Virus record (IMG/VR): IMGVR_UViG_3300009095_000021
Span: 1-48,161 of that record
Length of the DNA stretch: 48,161 nucleotides
Reading direction: 5' to 3' (one strand)
Source: a virus
Taxonomy: Duplodnaviria; Caudoviricetes
In this document: positions 7,008 to 16,707 of the stretch, in pieces
Position numbering within the stretch: the stretch's first letter is position 1
How the letters are laid out: every line of letters begins with the position of its first letter
Program-made: the position numbers and the translations under genes
The notes under the pieces: generated by a model
What the model was told of the DNA's origin: nothing
The model's database searches: none
What the model saw: the letters and a program-made list of their open reading frames with translations, nothing else

Positions 7008-9097
7008 CCTTCACTAGTCACCGGCAAATCACCGGCCCATTTTGGCAGCGTACATAGCAGCATCTCAAAATCCTTAAGCGAACCAAAGTCTTCGTCATCC
7101 TCACTGGCCGCTTCGTCGTGTACCGTCATGATCAGGTAGTAGCCTACGCAGTCCAGCAGCAACATACCAAACGCCATGAGGTCACGGGCCACACCCTGGG
7201 TCACGTTTTCGGTCAGCTTCCCGCCGTAGGTGGACAGTTCACCCCATTTGTGTGTCTTGCTGTGGCAGCCTTGGTAAAACAGCTCATAGCTCAGCTCGCC
7301 CCACTTGAAACTTTCGCGCACAACCGGGAACGGGTAGCCTGTTGTGTGCCCTGATGGGAAGCGGCAGAGTAGTATAGGCATTTTACCGTAGCGTGTCATC
7401 TTGAACTTAATGCCAAGATAGTTTGTTACACGGCCAGGGAAGCGTACCGCCTCAATGGCTACTGCCTCCAGCTTCTTCCAGAGCTTGGGCACCAGCGGGA
7501 AGCGCTTGCGGTACGTCTGAATGGATTTCTTAGCCGTGACCCGGTCGATGATGATGTTCGCCACCTCTTCGCAGCGGGTCTTAAACTTCTCATCACCCAT
7601 GCCGTAGCCTGCGCCCAGAATGGTTTCCTTACCCAGCGGCCGTTCATCTGATTCCTTGTCCAGCGTGTGCATGGGCACACCGTAGATTGCTGCCGCCATG
7701 TCCAGATAAATGTCTTCGCCGCGCCGGAAAATGTCCAACGCCCGCTGATCACCTGCTAGCCAGAGCAGCACGCGTGCCTCAATTGCCGAGTAGTCCGCTG
7801 ATTTCAGGTGCTTGTCCAGCATGGCGCAGATGACAGCGCGCAGCGAGCTGGTGAGGATTTCCATGGAATTGGCCAGCCACCATGTGTCCTTGCCTTTGGC
7901 CTGCCGCTCTTTCTTGTCGCGGGCCTCAATGTCAGCGGCCAGCTTGTCCAGCGCCTTGACGCAGCCCTGCTTAATGACGTTGAGCACGTCAACATAATCG
8001 ACCCACTTGGGCAGCTTCGGCCGGGGGAAGTTCTGTATCTGAATGCCCTTGCCACCCCACCGGCCAGTACGGGCCTTGTGGTAGTTCAGCAACTCGTGCA
8101 CCCGGCCGTCACTGGCAACGAACGACTTCATAGCCCCGAACTTGGCAACCGAGGAAGAGCCGGCAACCTTGTACAGCTGCAGCATGCGCCGCACCTTGGG
8201 CGGCACCGTGGTTTTGCGCAGGTACACGTCAACCGTTTTGCCTTGTAAGTTCGGCAGGATAACGCCCTGTGATGCCACCCAGGCTTTGACCTTCGCCCGT
8301 TGGGTGCACTTCTGGAACATGCCGCCGCTAAGCGCCGCCGCTTCAGCGTTGTACACCAGCTTGATTTGCGCCACTAGCTTGTCAGCCGCGTTGACCGCTG
8401 CCATGTCCAGGTACAGACCGCGCCAGTTCATGCGCATGGTCAGCCATGCAATGTTCTGCTCAAACGCCGGTAGGCCAGGCAGGATATTGTCAATCTCCAC
8501 CTCGGCTTTGGTGTCGCGAACGCAGTATACCTTAAAGTCTTCCCAATCCTGCGGGAAATCCCATGGCTCATTGAACCTGCCTTTGGCGTTGGGCTTGCAA
8601 AACAGCTTGATCAGGCGCTTGCCGTTGCCGTCCTTGAGGTTGGCCACCTGGAGCACCTCAGCGGCTTCCTCCAAGTTGGCAGGCAGCGCCAGGGCTTTGC
8701 ACTTGTCGGCAACGTCAAGCGTTTGCTCAATCTCAACGTCTGGCCAGCCCATGTGCGGTACGCACACATGCTTCCAGATGCAGTATTCAAAGTAGCTGTT
8801 AAACGCATTAAGAGCCGCGCCGCTGTTAACCAGCGTGAAAAGCGCGTGCGGGGGTGCGTCGCCGGGCAGCCAGAGCTTTGTGTCCTTTGGGTCGCCAGTC
8901 AGGCAGTAGGACATCATCAGCACGCGGGTGGAACTGTGCTGGCTGTACTTGTACGCGCCGACCGTGGGCAGGTCAAGCTTGCTGCGCGTCTCAAAGTCGA
9001 TTGTTACACGCCGCGCGCCTTGGCGTTGGACAGCCAAGGCCATGCGTGTTTTGGCTAGGTTGATTGCCTCAACCTGCCGAGGGTTGTATGAACTCAT
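6980..9097 (-). CDS. Family A DNA polymerase with 3'-5' exonuclease
   Basis: DFETRS ExoI, ARTGRW, motif A DYSAIEARV, motif B RPLGKETILGAGYG, motif C VHDE. Confidence 0.95.
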   Translation of the reverse strand: MSSYNPRQVEAINLAKTRMALAVQRQGARRVTIDFETRSKLDLPTVGAYKYSQHSSTRVLMMSYCLTGDPKDTKLWLPGDAPPHALFTLVNSGAALNAFNSYFEYCIWKHVCVPHMGWPDVEIEQTLDVADKCKALALPANLEEAAEVLQVANLKDGNGKRLIKLFCKPNAKGRFNEPWDFPQDWEDFKVYCVRDTKAEVEIDNILPGLPAFEQNIAWLTMRMNWRGLYLDMAAVNAADKLVAQIKLVYNAEAAALSGGMFQKCTQRAKVKAWVASQGVILPNLQGKTVDVYLRKTTVPPKVRRMLQLYKVAGSSSVAKFGAMKSFVASDGRVHELLNYHKARTGRWGGKGIQIQNFPRPKLPKWVDYVDVLNVIKQGCVKALDKLAADIEARDKKERQAKGKDTWWLANSMEILTSSLRAVICAMLDKHLKSADYSAIEARVLLWLAGDQRALDIFRRGEDIYLDMAAAIYGVPMHTLDKESDERPLGKETILGAGYGMGDEKFKTRCEEVANIIIDRVTAKKSIQTYRKRFPLVPKLWKKLEAVAIEAVRFPGRVTNYLGIKFKMTRYGKMPILLCRFPSGHTTGYPFPVVRESFKWGELSYELFYQGCHSKTHKWGELSTYGGKLTENVTQGVARDLMAFGMLLLDCVGYYLIMTVHDEAASEDDEDFGSLKDFEMLLCTLPKWAGDLPVTSEGWEGPRYRK

Positions 9098-9138
9098 TGT
9101 GGCCTCATAGTTTGCATATCAGCTCAGGGGCAGTGGTG

Positions 9139-9167
9139 AGTATAACGCACTGATAAACTGCGCGCAA
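9139..9167 (-). promoter_or_regulatory. Sigma70-like promoter TTGCGC-N17-TATACT for the polymerase gene
   Basis: Hexamers with 17 bp spacer about 40 bp upstream of the ATG. Confidence 0.5.
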
Positions 9168-9197
9168 CAAAAAGCCCCGCATGTGCGAGGCCGTTTG
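9168..9197 (-). terminator. Rho-independent terminator after the SSB gene
   Basis: GGCCTCGCAC-ATGCGGGGCT stem followed by a T-tract on the minus strand. Confidence 0.65.
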
Positions 9198-9211
9198 TCT
9201 ATTGCGGTGAG

Positions 9212-9952
9212 TTACAGTTCAAGATCGTCGTCATCACCGTCCAGGTCGAAGTCATCATCCGGCGCAGGGCGGCGGTTAGGCTTACCACCTTTGCCAGTTG
9301 GCTTAGGTGCAGACTTACCACCTTTGCGCGGCGGCGGTGCGTCGAAGTCATCGTCATCACCGCCCAGGTCGTCGTCACCTTCCTCGAACATGTCGGCAAA
9401 TTCGTCTTCGGCGTCAACACTGCCGTCCAGGCGCACATCATCTTTGTGCTTCATGATGTTGTTCAGCGCCAGCGCAACACCCTTGTTGCCGCTGTTGTCG
9501 AAGTAGTACGCAGTCACCGACACATACGCCCAGCAACCGCTGTAAATTTCGTCCATGATTTCGTCGGAGTCGGTCAGCTTAGTGCCGCTTTTCAAGACGA
9601 TACCGGGTCGGCCTTTCTTGGCGTTGGTTTTTGCGTTGGCGAAGATCATGCCGTCATATTCGGCACCGTCGCGGCCTTCGTCGGCAGCGCTGCGCAGTGG
9701 CTTTTTGAACTGGGGGTTCTTAAGCAGCTTGCCAGCTTTGACTTTGTCACCGTTGGCCAAGGGGCAGGCCATGATTGCAGCGTTGACAGCCTGCTGCGCT
9801 TTTTTCTGCGCTGCGCTGCCTTCGGGGATCAAGATTTGGGTGGAGTATTCCATTTCACCGTGGTCGTTCTCTTTCGGCTCTGCTACATAGGTGTAAGACA
9901 GACGAATAGGGCCAATAACAACGCGGCGTGGATTTGCGGCTTTCTCGGTCAT
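9212..9952 (-). CDS. Single-stranded DNA-binding protein (DUF2815 / T7 gp2.5-like)
   Basis: RLSY, YSTQILIP, PLR, IYSGCW, GNKGVALALNNI and an acidic tail; AAGGA RBS before ATG 9952. Confidence 0.88.
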   Translation of the reverse strand: MTEKAANPRRVVIGPIRLSYTYVAEPKENDHGEMEYSTQILIPEGSAAQKKAQQAVNAAIMACPLANGDKVKAGKLLKNPQFKKPLRSAADEGRDGAEYDGMIFANAKTNAKKGRPGIVLKSGTKLTDSDEIMDEIYSGCWAYVSVTAYYFDNSGNKGVALALNNIMKHKDDVRLDGSVDAEDEFADMFEEGDDDLGGDDDDFDAPPPRKGGKSAPKPTGKGGKPNRRPAPDDDFDLDGDDDDLEL

Positions 9953-10146
9953 GCTGATTTCCTTTTTCACTTGGTCGCTTAATTGCGGGTTCACTTCATC
10001 TCCACCTCAAAGGGTGGCTGGCCCTGCTGCACTCCATGATGCTACCACCATGGCACAACAGCTTAAGGCAGGTCATGCCGGGCGTAGGCCACGCCCAGTT
10101 CCACCGCCCGTGCCCGTCACACTGACAGCGGTAGAACATGGGGCGG

Positions 10147-10175
10147 ACTCTACCAGCGCGCGCTGATGTTGTCAA
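10147..10175 (-). promoter_or_regulatory. Sigma70-like promoter TTGACA-N17-TAGAGT upstream of the SSB leader
   Basis: Perfect -35 box and 17 bp spacer. Confidence 0.65.
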
Positions 10176-10184
10176 CCCCATTCG

Positions 10185-11591
10185 CTACAAAGACAGCATA
10201 TCGTCGTCACCATCATACAGGTGGCTGAACTCGGCGTCGATAGCTGGCATTACCTCAGACCGGGGGTTGTCAATGCGCACAAGTTCTGTGCCAGCCTCGG
10301 GCTTGATTACATGCGCTTTGTTAAATTCCTCAATGCGCTCTTTCGGCACGCCTTTGGCCCTAAGCACCTTCTCCAGCTGGCTGATGGACTTAAGCGCCGG
10401 GTTGTCCATGTAGTCATGCGGGTGCAGGCCCATACGCTTAAGATCGTCTTTGATCTTGGCCTCGGGGCTGACGAACTTGCGGTGGGTTGTGCGCAGCACC
10501 AGCTTGTGGCCCGGTATGGGTTCACCTGCCTCGGCTCGGTTGTGCGCCCGCTGTTGCACCGCCTTGACAAAGCCTATGATGGCGTCACCGTGTTGCAGGA
10601 TCAGCGCTTCATGCTCGGCTGTTACCAGCGCCGGGTTGGGCAGGGCCAAGTCAAGCGCAAACCCGCTGCCGTCGCCAAAGTCATCGTCACACATCACATC
10701 GATGAACTCAATTACGGCGTTGTCGGTGGCATCGTTCAGCGCCGCTTGGCAGCGTGGGCGCGCAGGACAAAAGGTACACCAGTCGTCGTCTGCCTTGAGG
10801 TACTTTTCCACAAAGTCGGGGTCGCCACGCTTAAGCGCCTTTTCAGCCTCAACGCTACGCTCTGCAGCCGGTAGTACGACATCCTCAGCCCATTGCAGCA
10901 GTTCTTCTGGACTCATTACCGCCGACCGAATGGGGCCGTCTTTGTGGAACCCGTTTGGCTGCACGATTTCCAGGATGATTTCGTCAAAGTCGTATTCAGC
11001 CATGTACTTATGCAGCGCGCCCAGGGCGTATATCATGAGCTGGGGGTTGTCCTCCACCTCAACCTGTATGCCCTTGCCGTTTTTATAGTCGGTTACGCGC
11101 AGCCAGCTGAACACCTTGCCGGTTACAAGGTCGCCTGTACCGCCATGCTCATGACCGCACACGCCCAGAAATTCACCCGTATCCGACTGCATGTTTTCAA
11201 TGAACGCTGCCAGTGACAATGATTCTTCGATTTCAACCAAGTCGGCGTCATCAATGAGGCCACGGCCGTGCTCAACGTACACCTGGGCACCGTTGACAAT
11301 GTCTTGGTCAACCAAGACGCCCTCAACTTCCATGCCCATATAGTCGTCAGGTGTTACGGGCGTGTTGGGGTCTTTCTGGTACGCCGCAAGGCACATTTCA
11401 CCAACGGCATGCGCGCAGGTGCCGCGCCGGCTATGGATGCTGTCAGCGCTGACCTGCTCATGTATTGGCAGCGACTCGCACAAAGCAATGCTGCCAGCGC
11501 AGTTCATCCAGCGCTTGGCATTGGAGGCGCTACGCCGCTTGTGCCCTGATATGGCGTAGCCTTTGCCCTTCTTTGGCTTGGCCATGGTCAA
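10185..11591 (-). CDS. Cas4-like / DUF2800 PD-(D/E)xK exonuclease
   Basis: SASNAKRWMNCAGS, GTCAH, GTGD...DYKNGKG, QLMIYALG, WCTFCPARPRC. Confidence 0.88.
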   Translation of the reverse strand: MTMAKPKKGKGYAISGHKRRSASNAKRWMNCAGSIALCESLPIHEQVSADSIHSRRGTCAHAVGEMCLAAYQKDPNTPVTPDDYMGMEVEGVLVDQDIVNGAQVYVEHGRGLIDDADLVEIEESLSLAAFIENMQSDTGEFLGVCGHEHGGTGDLVTGKVFSWLRVTDYKNGKGIQVEVEDNPQLMIYALGALHKYMAEYDFDEIILEIVQPNGFHKDGPIRSAVMSPEELLQWAEDVVLPAAERSVEAEKALKRGDPDFVEKYLKADDDWCTFCPARPRCQAALNDATDNAVIEFIDVMCDDDFGDGSGFALDLALPNPALVTAEHEALILQHGDAIIGFVKAVQQRAHNRAEAGEPIPGHKLVLRTTHRKFVSPEAKIKDDLKRMGLHPHDYMDNPALKSISQLEKVLRAKGVPKERIEEFNKAHVIKPEAGTELVRIDNPRSEVMPAIDAEFSHLYDGDDDMLSL

Positions 11592-12163
11592 ACCGCCTTA
11601 AATTCGTCAGCACGAAAGTTGTGCCAGTTGAACGCCAACCGCACTTTGTTAAACGACAACTCAAGGTCGTCGAACTGCGCCAGTACATAACCTTCGCGCG
11701 TTTTGTCAGGGCGCACCAGCGCGGCCTTGCCTTGCAGCTTTTTCTTATGGCCACAATACACCATGTGTGTATGCGCCGAACAGGGCGGCTCAGCCCAGCC
11801 AGTGACCCGCGCCACTTCTTCGCCGGCAGCGTTAGAAAACACCAACTCAACCTTTGAAGGGTCAAAGTAGTGGGCGTGGCAGCGGTTTGACCGCATCGAG
11901 CGGTAATAGTCGCGTTGCAGTTTCTCGGCCTTGCGCGCTCGCTTGGCCTCAGCCCGTAGCCACACTGCGCTGTCAGGTGCCCAGGTGTGATCATCATACA
12001 CCTTGCTAGTTGGGCGGTAGCGTTTATCAACTGCGCGTTCCTGCCAACCGGCGCGGCGGCGTAGCGTCGGTGACACCTTATCCATACGGTCATGCGCCAT
12101 GCCACTTACCATAATTGAAGCAAGCGCCATTGCGCTGTTAACCAGTACACTTCTCATGTTCAA
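11588..12163 (-). CDS. Hypothetical protein
   Basis: 191 aa ORF with 4-bp overlaps to both neighbours. Confidence 0.65.
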   Translation of the reverse strand: MNMRSVLVNSAMALASIMVSGMAHDRMDKVSPTLRRRAGWQERAVDKRYRPTSKVYDDHTWAPDSAVWLRAEAKRARKAEKLQRDYYRSMRSNRCHAHYFDPSKVELVFSNAAGEEVARVTGWAEPPCSAHTHMVYCGHKKKLQGKAALVRPDKTREGYVLAQFDDLELSFNKVRLAFNWHNFRADEFKAV

Positions 12164-12363
12164 CCCTCCAGCTCTTTAACGTGCATGCACCATGCTGTGT
12201 CCTGCCCTTTGTAGCGCGGTGCGTAGTTTTTGTCAGGCAGCGGCAGGCCGGTTTGCATACGCGCTGCGTTGCATTCTTTCTTGTCGGCCATTGGGTAGAA
12301 CTGCCGCGTCTCGCACGACGCCCCGCTAGCGTTTAAGCAAATAACCAGTACCCATTCGATCAT
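12160..12363 (-). CDS. Small Cys-containing hypothetical protein with hydrophobic N-terminus
   Basis: 67 aa ORF in a coupled operon. Confidence 0.6.
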   Translation of the reverse strand: MIEWVLVICLNASGASCETRQFYPMADKKECNAARMQTGLPLPDKNYAPRYKGQDTAWCMHVKELEG

Positions 12364-12364
12364 G

Positions 12365-12709
12365 CTACACCTTTGGCGTGAGGTTGTCGAAGACCAACGT
12401 CAACAGGTATACACCAGCTTTTGCAGGCTGTCTACTCCAAAGTGATTCGGCGCGTACAACATCACCGCCAAGCTCTTTAACGTAGCGGTCAAACCGTACT
12501 TTGCTGATGGGTTCGTTGTTCAGCCCGGCGTTGATAAGCGCCAGCGCAACGTCAAGGGCGTTGCGCCATATTGCACACGCTGGGCAGAACACCATATGGC
12601 CCTTGGCGGGTTGGCCTGTGTAGGGGTCAACACCTGAGTCCACATAGCCGTCGCCGTTGCACGGGCCACACTCAGGCAGTTCGATACGCGGCATATAGCG
12701 CCAGCTCAT
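12365..12709 (-). CDS. Hypothetical protein with a CxxCxGxG...CxxC zinc-finger-like motif
   Basis: CGPCNGDG...CPAC; start overlaps the stop of the 12706 gene. Confidence 0.6.
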   Translation of the reverse strand: MSWRYMPRIELPECGPCNGDGYVDSGVDPYTGQPAKGHMVFCPACAIWRNALDVALALINAGLNNEPISKVRFDRYVKELGGDVVRAESLWSRQPAKAGVYLLTLVFDNLTPKV

Positions 12710-12921
12710 GGCTTTTCCTCCTGCCACTTAATTGCAGTATCAGTGGTGTTGAACACCTGCCAGCGCCGGTCAGCTTTGGCCACCTTCTTGGAGCGCTTTT
12801 CGTCGCGCGCATGGACTTCCCAATACTCTGACGTTTCGCCCAGCAGGTACGCCGCCACCAGCAGCCCGTTTTTGCCGGCTATGATACAGCCCGGCTTGTC
12901 CAGCGTGATGATCTTACCCAT
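12706..12921 (-). CDS. Hypothetical protein
   Basis: 71 aa ORF with GGAGG RBS. Confidence 0.65.
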   Translation of the reverse strand: MGKIITLDKPGCIIAGKNGLLVAAYLLGETSEYWEVHARDEKRSKKVAKADRRWQVFNTTDTAIKWQEEKP

Positions 12922-12940
12922 TTACGCACCTCCAAACAGC

Positions 12941-12969
12941 AAAAAGCCCAGCATGAGCCGGGCTTTTTG
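12941..12969. terminator. Rho-independent terminator (A/T tracts on both sides)
   Basis: AAAAAGCCCAGC-ATGA-GCCGGGCTTTTT. Confidence 0.7.
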
Positions 12970-12983
12970 TCAACGTGGGTGGA

Positions 12984-13616
12984 TTAGCTCACTGCTTTCA
13001 GGATGGCAGCGAGGGTTTTGTTGTCGGCAGACTTCAGGCCGCGCACGGTGTTGAGGCCATGCTTAGCCAGGATGGCTTGAGTCTTGGCCTTGCCGTGCTT
13101 GGTAGCGTGGGTTTGGCAGGCGGTCTTGACTTCTTCGGCGTCCAGCTCTTCGCCGTCATCACCGCCCAGGTCGTCGTCATCACCGCCCAGGCCCAGGTCA
13201 TCATCACCGTCCAGGCCCAGGTCGTCATCACCGCCCAGGTCATCGTCACCGCCTGCACCTTCCAGCGCAACGGTGGCAGCAGCGTACACGCTGGCCCAAT
13301 CGCCTTTGTCCAACTCTTTCAGCTTGGTAGCGCCGAAGGCAGTGAGGATTTCAGCCACGGTGTCTTCGCCCAGCTCATCACGCACCTTGGTCATCTGCGC
13401 CACCAGCTCAGGGCCGGTAGGCACTTTCAGGGTTTCTTTCTTGGCAGCAGGCTTGTCAGCCTTGGCGGCCGGTTTGTCGGTCTTGCCAGCGGCAGTAGCA
13501 GCCGGTTGGACGGTGCCACTGAGGTTCAGCTTAGCCAGGGCAGCCAGAACTTTGTCCATTTCTTCGGTGTTCGACGGGAGAACAATGATACCAAGTTGCA
13601 TAGGATGATACTCCAA
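12984..13616 (-). CDS. Hypothetical replication-module protein with an acidic DDDLGG repeat linker
   Basis: Two small helical domains (FGATKLKEL.., HGLNTVRGL..) joined by a low-complexity acidic linker; first gene after the leftward promoter. Confidence 0.75.
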   Translation of the reverse strand: MEYHPMQLGIIVLPSNTEEMDKVLAALAKLNLSGTVQPAATAAGKTDKPAAKADKPAAKKETLKVPTGPELVAQMTKVRDELGEDTVAEILTAFGATKLKELDKGDWASVYAAATVALEGAGGDDDLGGDDDLGLDGDDDLGLGGDDDDLGGDDGEELDAEEVKTACQTHATKHGKAKTQAILAKHGLNTVRGLKSADNKTLAAILKAVS

Positions 13617-13664
13617 GAGGGTTTGTGGTTGCCTTCAGCGGGATGTCGCTTGAAAGTGGAGCGA

Positions 13665-13693
13665 AGTATGGGACGGGCTGTTGCGGTTGTCCA
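13665..13693 (-). promoter_or_regulatory. Leftward sigma70-like promoter TGGACA-N17-CATACT
   Basis: Hexamers with 17 bp spacer at the strand switch. Confidence 0.65.
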
Positions 13694-13834
13694 CTGAAAA
13701 AGTTGGGGAGTTGTTGCTGTTTGTGTAAACGCCGTCTCTTAAACGGGCGCTCTTAAACGGCGGTTGTTGCGCGGCGGCTATTAATAGTCAGCTGTTGCAG
13801 CTGTGTAATGCGGTGGATTGTGCTGTGTGCTGGG

Positions 13835-13863
13835 TAGACAGAACGCCTTGTCAGCGCTATGCT
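13835..13863 (+). promoter_or_regulatory. Rightward sigma70-like promoter TAGACA-N17-TATGCT
   Basis: Hexamers with 17 bp spacer upstream of the primase gene. Confidence 0.65.
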
Positions 13864-13967
13864 ATTGGGCGTTCATAAAAATGCCCGCTTTAGCTGGAGC
13901 AAACTAAAGCGGGCCGCACCCGAACAACCACAATGTAAACAACACGCCCGTCTGGACTGGAGTAAGT

Positions 13968-16583
13968 ATGTCAGAGGCTAAAACCGTTGTCCCGTCTTTA
14001 AAGGTCTCAACCGCCCCACATCTGTTCCATGGTATTCGCCACCCCGGCCAGGGTGCAGGTGGCAAGGACAAAGTTGACGCTACCGTAAAAACCCGCACCA
14101 CTACCTGGCCCGGTTTGGTCAACGCCCTGTCTAAGTTGAAGGTCGCGCCCAAAAAGGAAAAATGCCCGTACTTTGTGTTCGCGTCGTTCACCGACGAAGC
14201 ACCCAACGGTGAAATGCACCGCCGCAACAACGGCGTTGAACAGTTCTATGGTGTGGTGCTCGACATTGACACCCCCGACGCCCCGAGCTTTGAGGAAGTC
14301 CACGCCCAACTACTGGAGCTCGGGTACGCCTTCGCGCTGTACAGCACGTTTAGCTACGACCCCCTCACACCCGGCAAAGAAAATAAGTTTCGCGTCGTGG
14401 TGCCCTACGCTGAGCCAGTAGCACCACGCGACCAACCATTTATTGTGCTGGGCTTCGCTGAAATGCTCGGGCTGTCAGAGACGTTTGACCGCTGCTCGCA
14501 AACGGCCAGTCAGCCGATGTACTGGCACGGCGCACCGCCTGACCGCGTTGATGAGGCCATTTTCGAGTACCGCCTTGATGGTGAACCGCTCGACCCTGAT
14601 ACGGCGCATGAAATTGGCAAGATGCTGGCCGGCGACAACAAAGGGCGCGATTACAAGACCCCGCCGTCTGAAATGCGCCCTGGCATGCAGATGGATGAAG
14701 GCGAGCGCCATAACCAGTTCGTCGGCTTCCTCAAGTGGTCGAAGAACAACGGCGATTCGCTCGAACAGGCACTGATACGCATACACGCCATTAACAATGA
14801 GCTTGACCACCCACTGCCAGAAGAGCAGGTTGAAGGGTTGCGCCGTGTATGGGCGTCGTTTGAGCGCAACAACAACGCATTCGGCTTTGAGCACCACCGC
14901 ACTAACATAGCCTCGCTGCCCATGCAGCAGAAAGAGGTATACGATTCGGTCATGCAGCAGATGGCCAACTCCAAAGAGACGCTTGACGCTGCCGAGCTGA
15001 AAGAGCTGTTTAACCTGATTAAGAACCAACGCCCAGGGGCCACGCTCAAAACGATTGAGGCGCATTACAAAGAGCTGACTGTTGAGGTGGAGGAAGCCGG
15101 CCAGGAAGAGTTAAACGCCCTGCGCCAGAAAGTCGATGGTTTCTTGCAGAAGGGGCTCAAGCATTTCGTGTGGCTCACTGAGGTGGACAAGGTCGTTTCC
15201 ATGAAGGATGGCACGACCATGCCCATTCGCGCGTTTAAGAATAAGATTGGCCGCGCATACAACAAGTGCGTTGACCGCTTTGGCCCGCTGTTCCACGGCC
15301 TCAAGCTGGGGCGTGAATACGTGCTCGACCATGCGCTGATTCGTGAAGCTGCGCGCCTCGGCTACCACCCGGCTGAGGATGACCTGTATGACTTCAAGGG
15401 CGTCACCTACCTCAACACCTACCGCGACCCAGTCGGTGAGTCGGTGAAAGGTGATGTTACACCGCTGCTGCAGCACTTCGAGTACCTGATACCCAACACG
15501 ACCGAACGCGAATGGTTCATTTCCATGATAGCGTTCGCCAAGCAAAAGCCGGGGCATCTCATTAAGTACATGTTTGTCATTGAAGGTGGCAAAGGCATTG
15601 GCAAGTCACTGTTGCGACAAAAGGTGTTGGAGGTGGTATTCGGCAGCGCCAACGTGCAGGAAGTCACCAGCGAAATGCTGGCAGACGATAAAAAGGCATG
15701 GGTCAGCAACGCGCATGTGGATGTGTTCGAGGAATTTGCGTTCCCCTCTGACCGCGCCGGGCGCGAGCAGGTACACAACTTTCTGAAGAAATACACGGCT
15801 AACGAAAAGGTGCCGCGCCGCGCCATGCAGAAAGACTACATTGAGGTGCCGAACTTCTCATTGAAGATTGCCTTCAAGAACCCCGAAGACAAGATTAAGG
15901 TCGAACCGGGTGACAGGCGTTGGGTAGTGGTCAAAGCGCCCATGCGCCAGAAGAGCCAAGCCTACTACAACGACTTTGTTGAATGGCTTGAGGCCGAAGA
16001 CAACCAAAACGCCATGCGGTACTTTTTCGAGAATTGGGATTACACCGCTATCGATTTCACCCCTGACTTCCCGCTGCGCACGCGGTACACCGCTGAAATG
16101 GAGGGCCGCGCTGAGGATTGGCCAGGGTCTGTTATCGAACTGGCGCTGGATCACCCGATGACGCCGTTTGACGTTGCATCGCCGCTCATGTTTGAGTCGG
16201 ATATTATCAACATTGTCGTGGGGTTGTCGTCGCACTACGGCTTTGAGGCCAAAATGGCTGAAGGGCTGAGCAGTGGCAAGCGTGGGCCAAGGCAGCTGTT
16301 GCGGGATGTGCTGGAAAGCATGGACTTCACCTGTGTGACAGAAGAGCGGTTCAAGCGCACGGTGGGCAAGACGCAAAAATGGGACAAGGCGTGGCTCATG
16401 GCGGGCGTTGGTAATAAGGTGCGTGGCCAATATGAGCGCGGGTTTCATTGGACTAACTATGAGGGTGAGCTGACCGACTTTGCTAATGATGCTCGGGGCT
16501 TTGTGAAGCTGTTTAGGGATGAGCGCAGCGAGTTGGAAAGCCTGGCTAGCGACGAATGGCCTGATGCCGAGACGCTTGACTAG
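13968..16583 (+). CDS. Primase-helicase (prim-pol N-terminus, PriCT-like linker, SF3/DUF5906-type helicase)
   Basis: VLDID, YSTFSY...KFRVVVP, GERHNQ...PLPEEQV, GGKGIGKS Walker A. Confidence 0.88.
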   Translation: MSEAKTVVPSLKVSTAPHLFHGIRHPGQGAGGKDKVDATVKTRTTTWPGLVNALSKLKVAPKKEKCPYFVFASFTDEAPNGEMHRRNNGVEQFYGVVLDIDTPDAPSFEEVHAQLLELGYAFALYSTFSYDPLTPGKENKFRVVVPYAEPVAPRDQPFIVLGFAEMLGLSETFDRCSQTASQPMYWHGAPPDRVDEAIFEYRLDGEPLDPDTAHEIGKMLAGDNKGRDYKTPPSEMRPGMQMDEGERHNQFVGFLKWSKNNGDSLEQALIRIHAINNELDHPLPEEQVEGLRRVWASFERNNNAFGFEHHRTNIASLPMQQKEVYDSVMQQMANSKETLDAAELKELFNLIKNQRPGATLKTIEAHYKELTVEVEEAGQEELNALRQKVDGFLQKGLKHFVWLTEVDKVVSMKDGTTMPIRAFKNKIGRAYNKCVDRFGPLFHGLKLGREYVLDHALIREAARLGYHPAEDDLYDFKGVTYLNTYRDPVGESVKGDVTPLLQHFEYLIPNTTEREWFISMIAFAKQKPGHLIKYMFVIEGGKGIGKSLLRQKVLEVVFGSANVQEVTSEMLADDKKAWVSNAHVDVFEEFAFPSDRAGREQVHNFLKKYTANEKVPRRAMQKDYIEVPNFSLKIAFKNPEDKIKVEPGDRRWVVVKAPMRQKSQAYYNDFVEWLEAEDNQNAMRYFFENWDYTAIDFTPDFPLRTRYTAEMEGRAEDWPGSVIELALDHPMTPFDVASPLMFESDIINIVVGLSSHYGFEAKMAEGLSSGKRGPRQLLRDVLESMDFTCVTEERFKRTVGKTQKWDKAWLMAGVGNKVRGQYERGFHWTNYEGELTDFANDARGFVKLFRDERSELESLASDEWPDAETLD

Positions 16584-16604
16584 GGTGTCAGTAAAGAGGT
16601 GAAG

Positions 16605-16633
16605 AAGGGCTGCCCAAGGGCGGCCCTTTTTGT
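16605..16633 (+). terminator. Rho-independent terminator after the primase gene
   Basis: AAGGGCTGCC-CAAG-GGCGGCCCTTTTT. Confidence 0.7.
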
Positions 16634-16707
16634 TGGGCGCTGTTTGGCCAGGGCGGTCTTTTGGTGGGGTGGTTCTTTGGCAAGGCTGAAGAACAACAAA
16701 GAACAAA

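Noticed and set aside
10185-11591. Cas4-like gene as evidence of a CRISPR-Cas system
   Set aside because: No array or other cas genes; its position beside SSB and polymerase is the normal phage replication context
12160-12363. o-spanin lipoprotein
   Set aside because: No canonical lipobox or basic N-terminus, and it lies in the replication operon
13620-13967. Lysogeny switch (cI/cro) at the divergent promoters
   Set aside because: Flanking genes are not HTH repressors, and no integrase or partition genes were found
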